Position numbers and translations under genes: made by a program | The notes under the pieces: generated by a model | Database searches by the model: none | What the model saw: the letters and a program-made list of their open reading frames with translations, nothing else | What the model was told of the DNA's origin: nothing | Shown: positions 9,875-19,842 of the stretch, one piece after another | Position numbering within the stretch: the first letter of the stretch is position 1 | Layout of the letters: the number at the start of each line of letters is the position of its first letter | Assembly (NCBI GenBank): GCA_043826565.1 | Contig: JBDRPX010000023.1 | Span: 5,758 to 69,757 of the forward strand | Direction of reading: 5' to 3' | Length of the DNA stretch: 64,000 nt | Source: Candidatus Omnitrophota bacterium | GTDB lineage: Bacteria > Omnitrophota > Gorgyraeia > B26-G9

Positions 9875-10907
9875 TATCTCCCTCAAAGAAATACCAGTTT
9901 TCACAATCAAAAATTTCCTTTTTTACCAATCCCTCATGAGCAAAGACAAGAAATGGGTCATCGGCCTCTCTTAACCAATACCCTATTCTTTTTAATTGTT
10001 TTACTATTTTATTAGTCCCCATAAAACGGATGGCAACAGCCTTGGCATTTACACCTCGTGCATAAATTACAAATTTCCACATCAATGCTTCCCATGTTTT
10101 TTCATTTAAGGCCAATACGTCAACTATATGCATAGTACCATTTTCAAGGTAATACACTAAATAACCTTGAATTTCATTATTCTTCTCTATTGAAAATATT
10201 TTATATTCATTTGCTTGATAACTAAAATATCTCCAATTAAGGTATGCAGTTCCCCTCACCCCCATAATTTTGAACTGATGTTTAGTTTTCTCAAAAAAAG
10301 AATCAAATTTATTATCGAAAGATTCGTGAAATTTCATACTATAGCCGAGAAAATTTTTCGCAAAAGATTCCCTAAAACAAAGACATAAAAACACATCCAG
10401 AAATTTTGCTAGTGCTTTAGGCAATAGATCACCTTTTATCTTTTCCCTCAATTTATGTTCGGTTTTTAAAATTTTTACAAACCTGCAAAAATTGCCGATA
10501 TTTTGATAGCCCGCTTTCTCTAGTAATTTTTTTGAAGATTTATTCGGGATTCCATACAAAAAATTCATTCCTTCCTTAGCACTATTAGTTATAATAGTCT
10601 TTTGCAATTTTAAAGCCGGGCCGAAAACTCTATCCTCTTTATTAACCCCAAAATCACCTGCGACTCCAAAAGTAAATATTTTCCCAGAAACTTCGAACTC
10701 TCTTTTAAAAAGCGCACCTACTCCGGAAACTCTATTTGTATTAATTTCCTTTGCTATCCAAGCAGCAGCTTCTCCAAAAGGGCATTTCTTGTATTTCCAC
10801 TCAAATTTTTCCCTTAATACTTCAGAGTTGAAATTATTGTTTAATATTAATAAAATATCATCAACATCTCTCAGTAGATCTGCTTTTTCAATATAATATT
10901 TTTTCAT
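9864..10907 (-). CDS. GNAT-family acyltransferase (tandem GNAT)
   Basis: FEWKY..CPFG, GDFGVNKEDR, YGIPN, R...YLNWRY pattern typical of polysaccharide-locus GNATs. Confidence 0.7.
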   Translation of the reverse strand: MKKYYIEKADLLRDVDDILLILNNNFNSEVLREKFEWKYKKCPFGEAAAWIAKEINTNRVSGVGALFKREFEVSGKIFTFGVAGDFGVNKEDRVFGPALKLQKTIITNSAKEGMNFLYGIPNKSSKKLLEKAGYQNIGNFCRFVKILKTEHKLREKIKGDLLPKALAKFLDVFLCLCFRESFAKNFLGYSMKFHESFDNKFDSFFEKTKHQFKIMGVRGTAYLNWRYFSYQANEYKIFSIEKNNEIQGYLVYYLENGTMHIVDVLALNEKTWEALMWKFVIYARGVNAKAVAIRFMGTNKIVKQLKRIGYWLREADDPFLVFAHEGLVKKEIFDCENWYFFEGDNDV

Positions 10908-10985
10908 TTAAATTCACCTACTAATAATTTTGAACTTATTGAGCATTTTCTTCAGAAATTTTCACAAAAACAGACAACCTGCTAA

Positions 10986-12185
10986 TTAATGAGTTTTCCT
11001 TATTTTAGTAATTACTTTACAAATACAACTGTAGCAAAAAAATAAAAAAGGTTTTATGTCACAAAAGCGAAAATAAACAAAATCCTTTTTAAAGAATATT
11101 ATTTTTTTAATAATCCCCCAATTAAGCGTTTTTTTAAAACCGCTTTTATATAAATTGTTTACTAATCCGTCCTCTTCCAACCAAAGGATACGTCCTTTAC
11201 AGCTTGGTTCCTCTATATATCCCTGTCCGATCATTTCATAATAATATGCTAGAGGAATATTCACCCCGCCTGCGGCAGCAATAGAAGACTGCATATCTAC
11301 ACGCCCGGCAGTTGGCTCAATAATTAAAAATTTCCCGCTTTTTTGATGCCTTTTAAACTCTACAGACCCTATCCCCTGATACCCTACTTTATCAAACAAC
11401 TCTATTGCCTTAGATCTTACTATTTCTGAATAATAATTCTCTGCTATACATGTATTACCGATTTGCGGCAACCATTGCATTAATTTTCTTCCGGTAAAGC
11501 TCAATCTACATCTTGAATTTTTATCATAATACATCAAACAAAAAAATAGATCTGAATCTTCCCCTGGAACCCACTCCTGTATTATTAAAGATACTTTGCA
11601 CTCAATTCCATTTCTTTCAATTATCTCAATCAATTCTTCTTTAGAATTTACGTAATGAGCTTTATTCCCCTGATTATACTTATCCCATTCAAACGTTCTG
11701 TAGCTAGGTTTTACTACACATGGATAAGTAATATTATTAATAAAATCTAAATTCCTTCCCTCATCAAGTATAAAAGATTTAGGAATATTAAATTTTTCTT
11801 TTTGGGCAAATTCAGCAAATAATTCTTTTTTAGAAAAACAATCCATGATTGATCTTGCAGGCATATTAAAAACATAATACTTCTCTAATATATCTTCATT
11901 TTCAGAAACAATTTTTGCATTTTTGTCCCCGGTCGTAAAAAGAACCGGTTTATTTTTCTCTTGAACTGCAATATCTATTAAGGCTTCCACAACCAAATCT
12001 TGTTTATTTATATCCTCGCAAGTTCTCACCTGCCAATATTTACTATGCTTTCCCGGAAAGTCAGAGTCTGAATCCAAGCAGATTACCTTAATCCCTTTTT
12101 GGCCTAACCCCCTCGCTATGCCCAATCCCGCAGGATTTAACCCAATAATAACAGCACTGTGTTGAGAAAATATTTTATCTTTCAT
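10986..12185 (-). CDS. ATP-grasp carboxylate-amine ligase, D-aspartate-ligase-like (copy B)
   Basis: GLGIARGLG, YPCVVKPS, IIQEWVPGED, GIGSVEFKR, EPTAGR. Confidence 0.8.
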   Translation of the reverse strand: MKDKIFSQHSAVIIGLNPAGLGIARGLGQKGIKVICLDSDSDFPGKHSKYWQVRTCEDINKQDLVVEALIDIAVQEKNKPVLFTTGDKNAKIVSENEDILEKYYVFNMPARSIMDCFSKKELFAEFAQKEKFNIPKSFILDEGRNLDFINNITYPCVVKPSYRTFEWDKYNQGNKAHYVNSKEELIEIIERNGIECKVSLIIQEWVPGEDSDLFFCLMYYDKNSRCRLSFTGRKLMQWLPQIGNTCIAENYYSEIVRSKAIELFDKVGYQGIGSVEFKRHQKSGKFLIIEPTAGRVDMQSSIAAAGGVNIPLAYYYEMIGQGYIEEPSCKGRILWLEEDGLVNNLYKSGFKKTLNWGIIKKIIFFKKDFVYFRFCDIKPFLFFCYSCICKVITKIRKTH

Positions 12186-13380
12186 GTAAACTTTTCTTCG
12201 TTTTTTTTATCCTTTTAATATCTTCTTTTTTTATTATTATTTTCCTTAATTTTTTTAAGAAATTATAAATTCCTGCCTTTTTAATTATTCCCTTTAAAAT
12301 CATTTTCCAAATAATCCCAAATCCAAGCACTTTAGATGAAACTGATAGGCTTTTTATGTCATTGCGAAAGATTACTAATCTATAATACAATGGGCACTTT
12401 TTTGTCCAAAGCTGTTTCCACTCATAAAATGGCCCTAAAAAATCATACCTGGTTATTCGACCTGTCTTAAAAATATATTCCAATGTATTTTTTCTAAGCA
12501 ATATTCCCGGGGAATACTTTACGAATTCCGGGTCATAGCCGATTTTCATAGCAAATATTTCATCCCTGAACTCAATTGCTATTTCAAATGCGATCTTACG
12601 ATTATTTAGCTCCAGTAAATATATCCTTAACCAATTATTTTTATATGCTGTTTTTAAATAATCAAAATAAAAATTCTTTATATTTTCCTTGCTTATTACG
12701 GCTGTCCCGGCATCCCCTTTCCAAGCCAAAGACTCAAGCCTAAAACAATCATTAATTATTGCTTCAATATTTTCAGCTTCACTAATAACACTAAATTTTA
12801 ATTCTCCAAGTTTTGCTATTTTCTTTTCTTTTCTTTTTACCGCTCTGGTTAATTCGCGGCTGCGCGCATTCCAATAGGCCTCCCACGTTTCATTAACATC
12901 AATAAACGGGGAACTAAAACTTTCTTCTCCACTAAAAAGCGAATAGTTCTTCCTATGGCCTACTATTGAATGCGCTCTATTTAAAAATTGTGAACTCTGC
13001 GGCAAAGCGTCAAAATCAATATGTATAATTTTATTTTGTTCCATATAATCCAACAGGCACTTTATTACTTCATCCATTTCCTTTCCTGCAACTATATCAA
13101 AAAAAGGAGTATGGTTATTTTGCATCGCGCTTAAGTAAAAATAGTTTTCTCCTAAAAAATCAGCTTTTCTCTTTATCAGAGGTGTAATGCCCTGAATTCT
13201 ACCCTTATCGCTCATAACAAGGATCAATACATCGACTGACTTGCCGAAATTTTTCCACCAATTAAAGAAAAACTCATAAGTTAAAAATGGAGAATGACTT
13301 TCGTTTCTAGAGTGAAAATCATTCCAAACATCTTCAGTTTTTTTAAAATCTTCTAAATTTTTAATTTCCTGGATTATCAT
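12175..13380 (-). CDS. CelD/BcsL-like GNAT (Acetyltransf_6) protein (copy B)
   Basis: SPFLTYEFF.NWW, WK...GT, KIGYDPEF.KYSPG, YDFLG....WK..W. Confidence 0.85.
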   Translation of the reverse strand: MIIQEIKNLEDFKKTEDVWNDFHSRNESHSPFLTYEFFFNWWKNFGKSVDVLILVMSDKGRIQGITPLIKRKADFLGENYFYLSAMQNNHTPFFDIVAGKEMDEVIKCLLDYMEQNKIIHIDFDALPQSSQFLNRAHSIVGHRKNYSLFSGEESFSSPFIDVNETWEAYWNARSRELTRAVKRKEKKIAKLGELKFSVISEAENIEAIINDCFRLESLAWKGDAGTAVISKENIKNFYFDYLKTAYKNNWLRIYLLELNNRKIAFEIAIEFRDEIFAMKIGYDPEFVKYSPGILLRKNTLEYIFKTGRITRYDFLGPFYEWKQLWTKKCPLYYRLVIFRNDIKSLSVSSKVLGFGIIWKMILKGIIKKAGIYNFLKKLRKIIIKKEDIKRIKKTKKSLHER

Positions 13381-13462
13381 TAAAAACCTATTATTTAATT
13401 TTAAATTTTCTATATGTATCCTTCCTAAAAGGAAGTACCAATACCTGAGCCTTTACTTTCTT

Positions 13463-14668
13463 TTACTGTACCTTTTGCAACCATTTTATTTTTTTAGCCC
13501 CTAAACACAGCGCCTGATAAATCATAATTAAAAAAGGCTTAATATCAAATATATTAAAATAAGCAAAGCCTTTTTTAAGAAAAATAGCCTTCCTGAAAAT
13601 TTTATTTTTTCTAAAATCCTTTATTCCATGTTTATAAATATATTTAAGGCAATAATCTTCATTTATCCATATAACCTTTTTTCTCTTGTGGTTCCCCGCA
13701 TAACTACTTTCTCCGATCATCTCGCAGTAATATTCAAAAGGCATATTTATCCCTTGAAGCAAAGCAATCGCTGACTGCAAATTTGACCGACCTACCGTAG
13801 GCTCTGTAATTTTAAACTCCCCGGTTCTATCATCTTTTTTAAACTCAGCAGAACCCAGCCCTCTATATTGCACTTTATCAAATAATTCCACGCTCATTTT
13901 TTTAATAATATCTAAATCAACACTTTCCGCTACACAAGTGCTTCCTGTGCCTGGCAACCATTGCAAAAGTTTTCTCCCGGTGAAATATGTTTTTAATTTT
14001 GAATCTGCGCCGTAGTACATTAGGCAAAAATAAACATTTGAATCATCGCCTGGTATCCACTCCTGCACAATTAAATCATTGCAGTATTTCCTCTTTTCCT
14101 TTAGCAAAACAAACAATTCTTCCTTTTTATTCACGAAATACGCTTTATTCCCCTCAAACCTGTGTTCCCAAGCATGCGTCTTATAACTGGGTTTCACAAT
14201 ACAAGGAAACTGAAAATCATTGATAATCTTTGAGAGTGATTCTATCTCCTTAAAAATAACACTCCTTGGAACTTTTAATTTTTCTTTCTCAGCAAACTTA
14301 GCAAATTTTGTTTTTTCCATTAACATTTCAACAATATCTGCCTCTGGCAAACTAAATTTATAGTATTTTAATAATTCTTTCCTGTTTTTTGAAGCAATCT
14401 GCACATTTTCATCCCCTGTTAAAAAAAGAACTGGCTTCTTGCTTTCCCTTTTTGCGAAACTAATTAGCGTCTCAACTAAAAATTTATCATCATTTATATC
14501 CTGGCAATTTTCAACTTGGCAAAGTCGCGTATAAGCGCCCGGGATATTTCGGTCTGACTCTACCCCAATCACCTTAACCCCCTTATTAACTAAGGAACGG
14601 ATGATCCCAAGACTAGTCGGATACAAACCAATAACTACCGCTTTAAAATCGCTTGCTATTTTCTTCAT
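13463..14668 (-). CDS. ATP-grasp carboxylate-amine ligase, D-aspartate-ligase-like (copy A)
   Basis: LGIIRSL, FPCIVKPS, IVQEWIPGDD, GLGSAEFKKD, EPTVGR; clearly paralogous to 10986..12185. Confidence 0.8.
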   Translation of the reverse strand: MKKIASDFKAVVIGLYPTSLGIIRSLVNKGVKVIGVESDRNIPGAYTRLCQVENCQDINDDKFLVETLISFAKRESKKPVLFLTGDENVQIASKNRKELLKYYKFSLPEADIVEMLMEKTKFAKFAEKEKLKVPRSVIFKEIESLSKIINDFQFPCIVKPSYKTHAWEHRFEGNKAYFVNKKEELFVLLKEKRKYCNDLIVQEWIPGDDSNVYFCLMYYGADSKLKTYFTGRKLLQWLPGTGSTCVAESVDLDIIKKMSVELFDKVQYRGLGSAEFKKDDRTGEFKITEPTVGRSNLQSAIALLQGINMPFEYYCEMIGESSYAGNHKRKKVIWINEDYCLKYIYKHGIKDFRKNKIFRKAIFLKKGFAYFNIFDIKPFLIMIYQALCLGAKKIKWLQKVQ

Positions 14669-14679
14669 TGGAGATATCT

Positions 14680-15789
14680 TTACCTTTTAATTTTTTCTTT
14701 AATTTTCCGAAAAATACAAAAAAGAGCATATCTAAGCTTGTTTTTTAAAATTCTAATTGTTATTATATCCCGTGTTACAGTTGCCCATTCCTTACAATGC
14801 CTTTTATTCTCTCCTTTTAAAAAATCATATTCTGCAGCATTTCCCTCAACCGCTTTTTGTATTGAATACCCTCTTAATATATTTCCAACCCCTAACTTAG
14901 GGTAGCACTCCAGATCAAGTCCAGCCTGATAAAACAACACTTTCCCCTTATAAATGAGATCATAAAAAGCAGCAACTGGCTTTTTATTTACGTCCAGGAA
15001 GATAAGCCTTACTTGTTTTTTATCAAATAAGTTTCTCATAACTTTCCCATGAAACTGCTTAAATTTCTCACTTCTAAAACACCCTTGTTCCCCCTCAGCA
15101 CTCCATCTTTTTTCATGAAGATCAATAAAAATAGAAAACGCCATAGATAAGTCTTCTTTTTTTTCTATAGTTCTCACCTCTACTTGGGCCATACTACTTA
15201 ACCGTTTTCTATCTCGCTTAAGTTTATATCTAAAATTACTGCTTAATCCAGTTACTAATTCATCCCATGTCTTGGGAAGTTCAATATAATAAGCAACCCC
15301 ATCTTTTTCACATTTATTACTTACTCCTGAATTCGTTAGCTGTTGTCTCAAAATCACAGTATTTATATTTTCAGCAAGTAACTCTTTTAAAACTATTTCA
15401 TCCCATGTTTTATTCACTTTAAAATAATCTACTAAACATCCTATAACTTCTTTCTCTTTACCCTTCTTTATAATAAAATTTAAATACTCTGAACATATTT
15501 CATCTCGTTCTTCTTCACCAGAAGCGATAAATTCTAATCTATTATAATTTAAAAGCCTAAAATAACAAATTTTCCTCAAAAGAAGCGGTGCAATACCTAT
15601 GATTTCTTCATTTTCTTTGACTAAAAGAATAAAAAGTTCCCTCTTTTCCTTAAAAACTTCCCACCAGGAATAAAGCCATTCCCATGTTAGAAAAATATTA
15701 TCGTTGTTGCTTTGGCTTAAAAGTTCATTCCATTGATCTTTTAGGCCTATAAAACCATCATCTGTTGTTATCTTATGAATTTTAACCAT
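14680..15789 (-). CDS. CelD/BcsL-like GNAT (Acetyltransf_6) protein (copy A)
   Basis: NIFLTWEWL.SWW, IGIAPL, LHEKRW, YQAGLD, YDFLKG. Confidence 0.85.
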   Translation of the reverse strand: MVKIHKITTDDGFIGLKDQWNELLSQSNNDNIFLTWEWLYSWWEVFKEKRELFILLVKENEEIIGIAPLLLRKICYFRLLNYNRLEFIASGEEERDEICSEYLNFIIKKGKEKEVIGCLVDYFKVNKTWDEIVLKELLAENINTVILRQQLTNSGVSNKCEKDGVAYYIELPKTWDELVTGLSSNFRYKLKRDRKRLSSMAQVEVRTIEKKEDLSMAFSIFIDLHEKRWSAEGEQGCFRSEKFKQFHGKVMRNLFDKKQVRLIFLDVNKKPVAAFYDLIYKGKVLFYQAGLDLECYPKLGVGNILRGYSIQKAVEGNAAEYDFLKGENKRHCKEWATVTRDIITIRILKNKLRYALFCIFRKIKEKIKR

Positions 15790-15923
15790 ACCTTACCTTA
15801 TTACTTTTTGAAAATTTATAAACGTCCCATTTTTAACGATTTGTCACATTTTACCAATTAAAATAATATATTATAAGTTGAATAAACTACTCTATATGAT
15901 TCTAATTAAATATGCTGACTACA

Positions 15924-17948
15924 CTACAAACTCCCTTCAAACATCATTATATTAATATTCTCACTATCTTTCCGAAGAGCCTGGCATTCTTTAAGACGAT
16001 TGTCAAAATTTCTGATAAAATGATTATCCAGCAATAAAGTACTGATAATTCCCACGATAGCCCGGTTATGATGCGCGCTAATAAGGCTGCCTTTTGCATT
16101 TTTACATTTATTTACTAGTTTAGCTACTGCCTGCGGGTCAAAATAACCGGTTTCAGAAATATTTCTTTCCGACAAAATCTCCTCAAGATAAGCCACTGCA
16201 TCTGCGCTCTTATTGTTTGGGGAGAAAAAGCTTAAACTATCCGGAGCCCGGTACCCCTGTTTTTTCCGGTTAATTATCGGTTCCGGCACATAACTCGCGG
16301 CGATTTTTTTAAGAATATATTTTTCATTCATAACTTTCAGCCTTAATGCCGGAGGAATTTTTGCGCAAAACTCCATTACCCGGTGATCCAAGAACGGAAA
16401 TCTTCCTTCTACGGAATTAGCCATCATCATCCTGTCTCCCTGAGATGAAAGCAAATAACCGGAAAGCAAAGTTTGAACTTCGAGATATTGAGCTTGGGAT
16501 AGACTATTCCATTTTTTAAATTCATCCGGGATCGTCTTGCTCAATCCGGCAATACAGTCAAGCCCGGAGATATCCGCTTTTAACTGCGAAGAAAAAAACT
16601 GTTTTATTTGGGATGTTGCCATCCAGCGGGGAATATGAGAATAGCAAAATTTATCCGTTTCCGGCAAATGCACATTATAAAACGCTTCCAGAAAAAGAGA
16701 TGCTTTTTTTGGCCAATTCGGCAAATAATGATAAAGTTTTTTCAACAGCAAAGGCCGGAGTTTCGATTCAGGATTTTGCGCCCAGAACCGGCGGATCTTC
16801 ATTTCCCGGAACAGATCATAGCCGGCCAATACCTCATCCGCTCCCTCTCCGGTCAAAACTACTTTAATATTGTTTTCCCTGACCAATTTAGATAATAACA
16901 TTAACGGAGCCGGAGCTGTCCGCATTATCGGCTTTTCCGTATGCCAGAGTATATCCGGAATGATCTTCCCTATATCAGAATATTGACAAGTTACCTGGCG
17001 ATGATCAGTATGCAGCTGCTGGAGCATTTGCTGTTGATAACCACTCTCATCATAATCTTTATCCGCAAAACTTACGGAAAAAGTCTTCAGGTCATTATTA
17101 AAGTGTTTTTTCACTATAGATGTGATCAAGGAAGAATCCAGGCCGCCGCTTAAATATGACGCTACCGGCACATCCGCGCGCAAACGGATTCGCGTGGAAT
17201 CTTTAAGCAATTCCAATAACTCTTCGGCATACTGCTGCTCACTATATTTTTTGTTCTGCGTTGATCCTTCAGGAAAGCCCCAATCCCAATACCGTTCAAC
17301 ATATATATTACCTTCTTTGGCGATCATATAATGTGCCGGAGGCAGCTCCTGTATATTTTTGAATACTGTCTGCGGCGGTATAGTTGTCCAGAATGTAAAA
17401 ATTTCATCCAGTCCCCGGGGATCAAGCTCCCGCGGCACCCGGTTATCCGCAAAAATTGCTTTGATCTCTGAGGCAAAGATCAAAGATCCGTCGATAATTG
17501 TATAAAAAAGCGGACGTATCCCCACCCGGTCACGCGCCATAAACAGCTGTCTTTTTTTAGTGTCCCATATCGCCAAAGCAAATTGACCGTTTAATTCCTG
17601 CAAACATGCCGGGCCTTTTTCCTCATATAAATGGACAATAACTTCCGTATCTGTATTTGTATAAAAACAGTGTCCTTTCTTTATTAACTGTTCCCTTAAT
17701 TCCGGATAGTTAAAAATTTCACCGTTATAGACTATCCATATTGATCTATCTTCATTATGGATCGGCTGTTGTCCTCCGGCAATATCAATGATGCTCAAAC
17801 GGGCATGAGCTAACCCTACCTTACTATCCTTATATATACCGCATTCATCCGGACCCCGATGATGCATAAGTAAGATCATCTTTTTCAGAACATCAGTATC
17901 AATATTATGATCTTTGGTAAGATTTAAATTTCCGCTTATTCCGCACAT
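15924..17948 (-). CDS. asnB: Asparagine synthase (glutamine-hydrolysing) family amidotransferase
   Basis: MCGI N-terminal nucleophile, HRGPD, RLSIID, YNGEIFN, LSGGLDSS, LTGEGADE, EGRFPFLD. Confidence 0.95.
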   Translation of the reverse strand: MCGISGNLNLTKDHNIDTDVLKKMILLMHHRGPDECGIYKDSKVGLAHARLSIIDIAGGQQPIHNEDRSIWIVYNGEIFNYPELREQLIKKGHCFYTNTDTEVIVHLYEEKGPACLQELNGQFALAIWDTKKRQLFMARDRVGIRPLFYTIIDGSLIFASEIKAIFADNRVPRELDPRGLDEIFTFWTTIPPQTVFKNIQELPPAHYMIAKEGNIYVERYWDWGFPEGSTQNKKYSEQQYAEELLELLKDSTRIRLRADVPVASYLSGGLDSSLITSIVKKHFNNDLKTFSVSFADKDYDESGYQQQMLQQLHTDHRQVTCQYSDIGKIIPDILWHTEKPIMRTAPAPLMLLSKLVRENNIKVVLTGEGADEVLAGYDLFREMKIRRFWAQNPESKLRPLLLKKLYHYLPNWPKKASLFLEAFYNVHLPETDKFCYSHIPRWMATSQIKQFFSSQLKADISGLDCIAGLSKTIPDEFKKWNSLSQAQYLEVQTLLSGYLLSSQGDRMMMANSVEGRFPFLDHRVMEFCAKIPPALRLKVMNEKYILKKIAASYVPEPIINRKKQGYRAPDSLSFFSPNNKSADAVAYLEEILSERNISETGYFDPQAVAKLVNKCKNAKGSLISAHHNRAIVGIISTLLLDNHFIRNFDNRLKECQALRKDSENINIMMFEGSL

Positions 17949-17958
17949 GTGTTCCTTA

Positions 17959-17994
17959 GAGTTACGCGTTAACGCGTTTTCGCGTTTGCGTGTT
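17959..17994. repeat. Degenerate 8-nt tandem array downstream of four-helix-bundle gene 1
   Basis: + strand: gagtt acgcgtt aacgcgtt ttcgcgtt tgcgtgtt. It also encodes the protein's C-terminal tail and stop codon. Confidence 0.85.
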
Positions 17995-18360
17995 TAATTT
18001 TGCACTTTTTAGATATTTTTTTAAAGCTGTTATCATTCTTCTAGTTTTTTCCGACATTTCATATAAAGAATCAAACTCTGGCTTTTTAATATATTTCTGA
18101 TCTAGAGCAACATATAAATTACACTGAACTTCTGAGGCAGATCTTCTCGCATAAGTTAAAAACCTTATAAACTCCGCATTAGAATCGCTATCAAAACCTT
18201 CTGCAATATTATTCATTATTGAAACTGCAGCTCTCTGGATTTGTCCTGTCAAACCAAAATCTTTGCTAAAATCGCCAGTTTTACTTATATTATAAATTTC
18301 TTTTACTAATATACGCGCTTCTTGCCAAACATTAAGGTCTTCAAATCTCTTTACCCCCAT
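17962..18360 (-). CDS. Four-helix-bundle protein (23S rRNA IVP / TIGR02436-like), copy 1
   Basis: FEDLNVWQ, QIQRAAVSIMNNIAEGF, EFIRFL..ARRSASEV. Start moved to ATG 18360, with SD ggagag inside the upstream array. Confidence 0.93.
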   Translation of the reverse strand: MGVKRFEDLNVWQEARILVKEIYNISKTGDFSKDFGLTGQIQRAAVSIMNNIAEGFDSDSNAEFIRFLTYARRSASEVQCNLYVALDQKYIKKPEFDSLYEMSEKTRRMITALKKYLKSAKLNTQTRKRVNA

Positions 18361-18364
18361 TATA

Positions 18365-18423
18365 AACTCTCCAACACGCAAACTCCCAACGCGCTAACCC
18401 GTAACTCGTTAACTCGTTAACCC
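18365..18423. repeat. Degenerate 8-nt tandem array upstream of four-helix-bundle gene 1, inverted relative to 17959-17994
   Basis: + strand: aactctcc aacacgca aactccc aacgcgct aacccgt aactcgtt aactcgtt aaccc. aacacgcaaac (18373-18383) is the exact reverse complement of gtttgcgtgtt (17984-17994). Confidence 0.88.
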
Positions 18424-19407
18424 AAGTTTCTTTTTCGCAAAATCAACTATTTCCGCACTTCCCGGCTCATTAATCTTCGCTAAACCAAGTTCTCGGGACA
18501 TAACTCCGCTTCTAACCATTTCCGCGATCTCAAACGCGTATGGATGAAACCCATACTTATCAATATGCACATGGTTAGCAAAAGAATTTAAAAGACAATT
18601 TGTTGAATTTTTATCCACATCTTGCGGGGCACACCACCCAAGCTCTCCGATTTTCTCAACGATCTTTTCTTCATCATAATCCATAAAAGCCAGCGGACTA
18701 ACATTATAAGGGAACAGGTTCTTGTCCTTAAACTGCTCCGCACTTAAAAAATACTTATTCATATCATCACCGGCAATTTCCTGCATTGGTTTTCTTAATA
18801 ATTCCTGTGTCGTTTTAAAAAGCTCCGGGTTTATTTTCATAATCGAGGATCGAATCGGAGCCTGTCCCGGAGACCAACCCCAGGCCATTATCGGAATTCT
18901 TTTTTCCAACGAAATCTTTAAAAATATAAATTTAACCAATCCGATACAAGAGGTACACATCGTACTGGCCCGCTCCAGGGTCTTCGGAGAATACATTGGA
19001 TGAGTTGCCGCATGCTGAAATATTTTCTTTAATAAAGTAAAATCCGGTTTAAAAACAAGGCTATCCACCCCGATATTCTCCGTAACAGTCCGGATATTTT
19101 TAAACGCCTGCTCGGAAATAAACCCATTATCCAAAACCAAAGCCAGGACTTTAAGTTTAAACACCTCTTTCATCATATATAAAGTATATGTGCTATCCTT
19201 ACCTCCGGAATAAGATACGGTGCAGTCATAATCGCCATTACCCTGCACCTGTTTTAATAATTCCTTAAATTTATTAAAATACAAAGCTTTGTCCTCATTC
19301 AGTTTCTCTGCGCCTTTAAAATTCAGACAAAAGTTACAAACCCCCTTATCATCAAAGGTTATTCCGGGAAAACTTTCCGGCAATACACATTTTATACACC
19401 GTTTCAT
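18409..19407 (-). CDS. PP-loop N-acetyl-sugar amidotransferase-like protein (WbpG-like)
   Basis: N-terminal CxxC...CNFC, SYSGGKDS PP-loop, CTSC, STNC, R.G.MSRE. Confidence 0.8.
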   Translation of the reverse strand: MKRCIKCVLPESFPGITFDDKGVCNFCLNFKGAEKLNEDKALYFNKFKELLKQVQGNGDYDCTVSYSGGKDSTYTLYMMKEVFKLKVLALVLDNGFISEQAFKNIRTVTENIGVDSLVFKPDFTLLKKIFQHAATHPMYSPKTLERASTMCTSCIGLVKFIFLKISLEKRIPIMAWGWSPGQAPIRSSIMKINPELFKTTQELLRKPMQEIAGDDMNKYFLSAEQFKDKNLFPYNVSPLAFMDYDEEKIVEKIGELGWCAPQDVDKNSTNCLLNSFANHVHIDKYGFHPYAFEIAEMVRSGVMSRELGLAKINEPGSAEIVDFAKKKLGLTS

Positions 19408-19429
19408 GTTTAAGCTCCTTTTGCACGAA

Positions 19430-19465
19430 CCTTATGGCTACAAGCTTCATGCTACAGGCTACAAG
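19430..19465. repeat. Degenerate 7-nt tandem array downstream of four-helix-bundle gene 2
   Basis: + strand: ccttatg gctacaa gcttcat gctacag gctacaa g. Confidence 0.85.
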
Positions 19466-19466
19466 A

Positions 19467-19838
19467 TCATTTTAGATCCTTAGCTACTGTTTTGCGAAAA
19501 TTATATAGTTTTTTGCCTAGTTTCTCTAACTCTTGAATCCAATTTTTATATTTGATCTCATTACTAAAAGACTTTGTATCAAATAATAATTCTAAATGTT
19601 CCTTTGTTTCGTCACAAGAAGCTATTGCATAAGTCAAATAGCGTATAAACTCTTGTTGATACGATTTTCTCCCAAACCCCTCAACTATAGTAGCAACTAT
19701 TGATTTGGATGATCTTCTAATTTGACTACCTTGCTCATACATCTCAAATTTAGGTAAATCCTGCAGCGTCATCTCATGCATCTTTACCGCTAAATCATGA
19801 GCCAATCTATAAATTTCTAAGTCTTTATAACTTTGCAT
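19467..19838 (-). CDS. Four-helix-bundle protein (23S rRNA IVP-like), copy 2
   Basis: SYKDLEIY, LPKFEMYEQGSQIRRSSKSI.A.IVEGFGR, EFIRYL.YAIASCDET. The track's N-terminal extension (MKASGYRTQDAGK) is repeat-encoded, so the start is probably ATG 19838. Confidence 0.93.
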   Translation of the reverse strand: MQSYKDLEIYRLAHDLAVKMHEMTLQDLPKFEMYEQGSQIRRSSKSIVATIVEGFGRKSYQQEFIRYLTYAIASCDETKEHLELLFDTKSFSNEIKYKNWIQELEKLGKKLYNFRKTVAKDLK

Positions 19839-19842
19839 TTTT

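Noticed and set aside
13420-13436. Small hairpin cttcc/ggaag between ligase A and GNAT B
   Set aside because: The stem is too short and has no U-tract, so it cannot be called a terminator.
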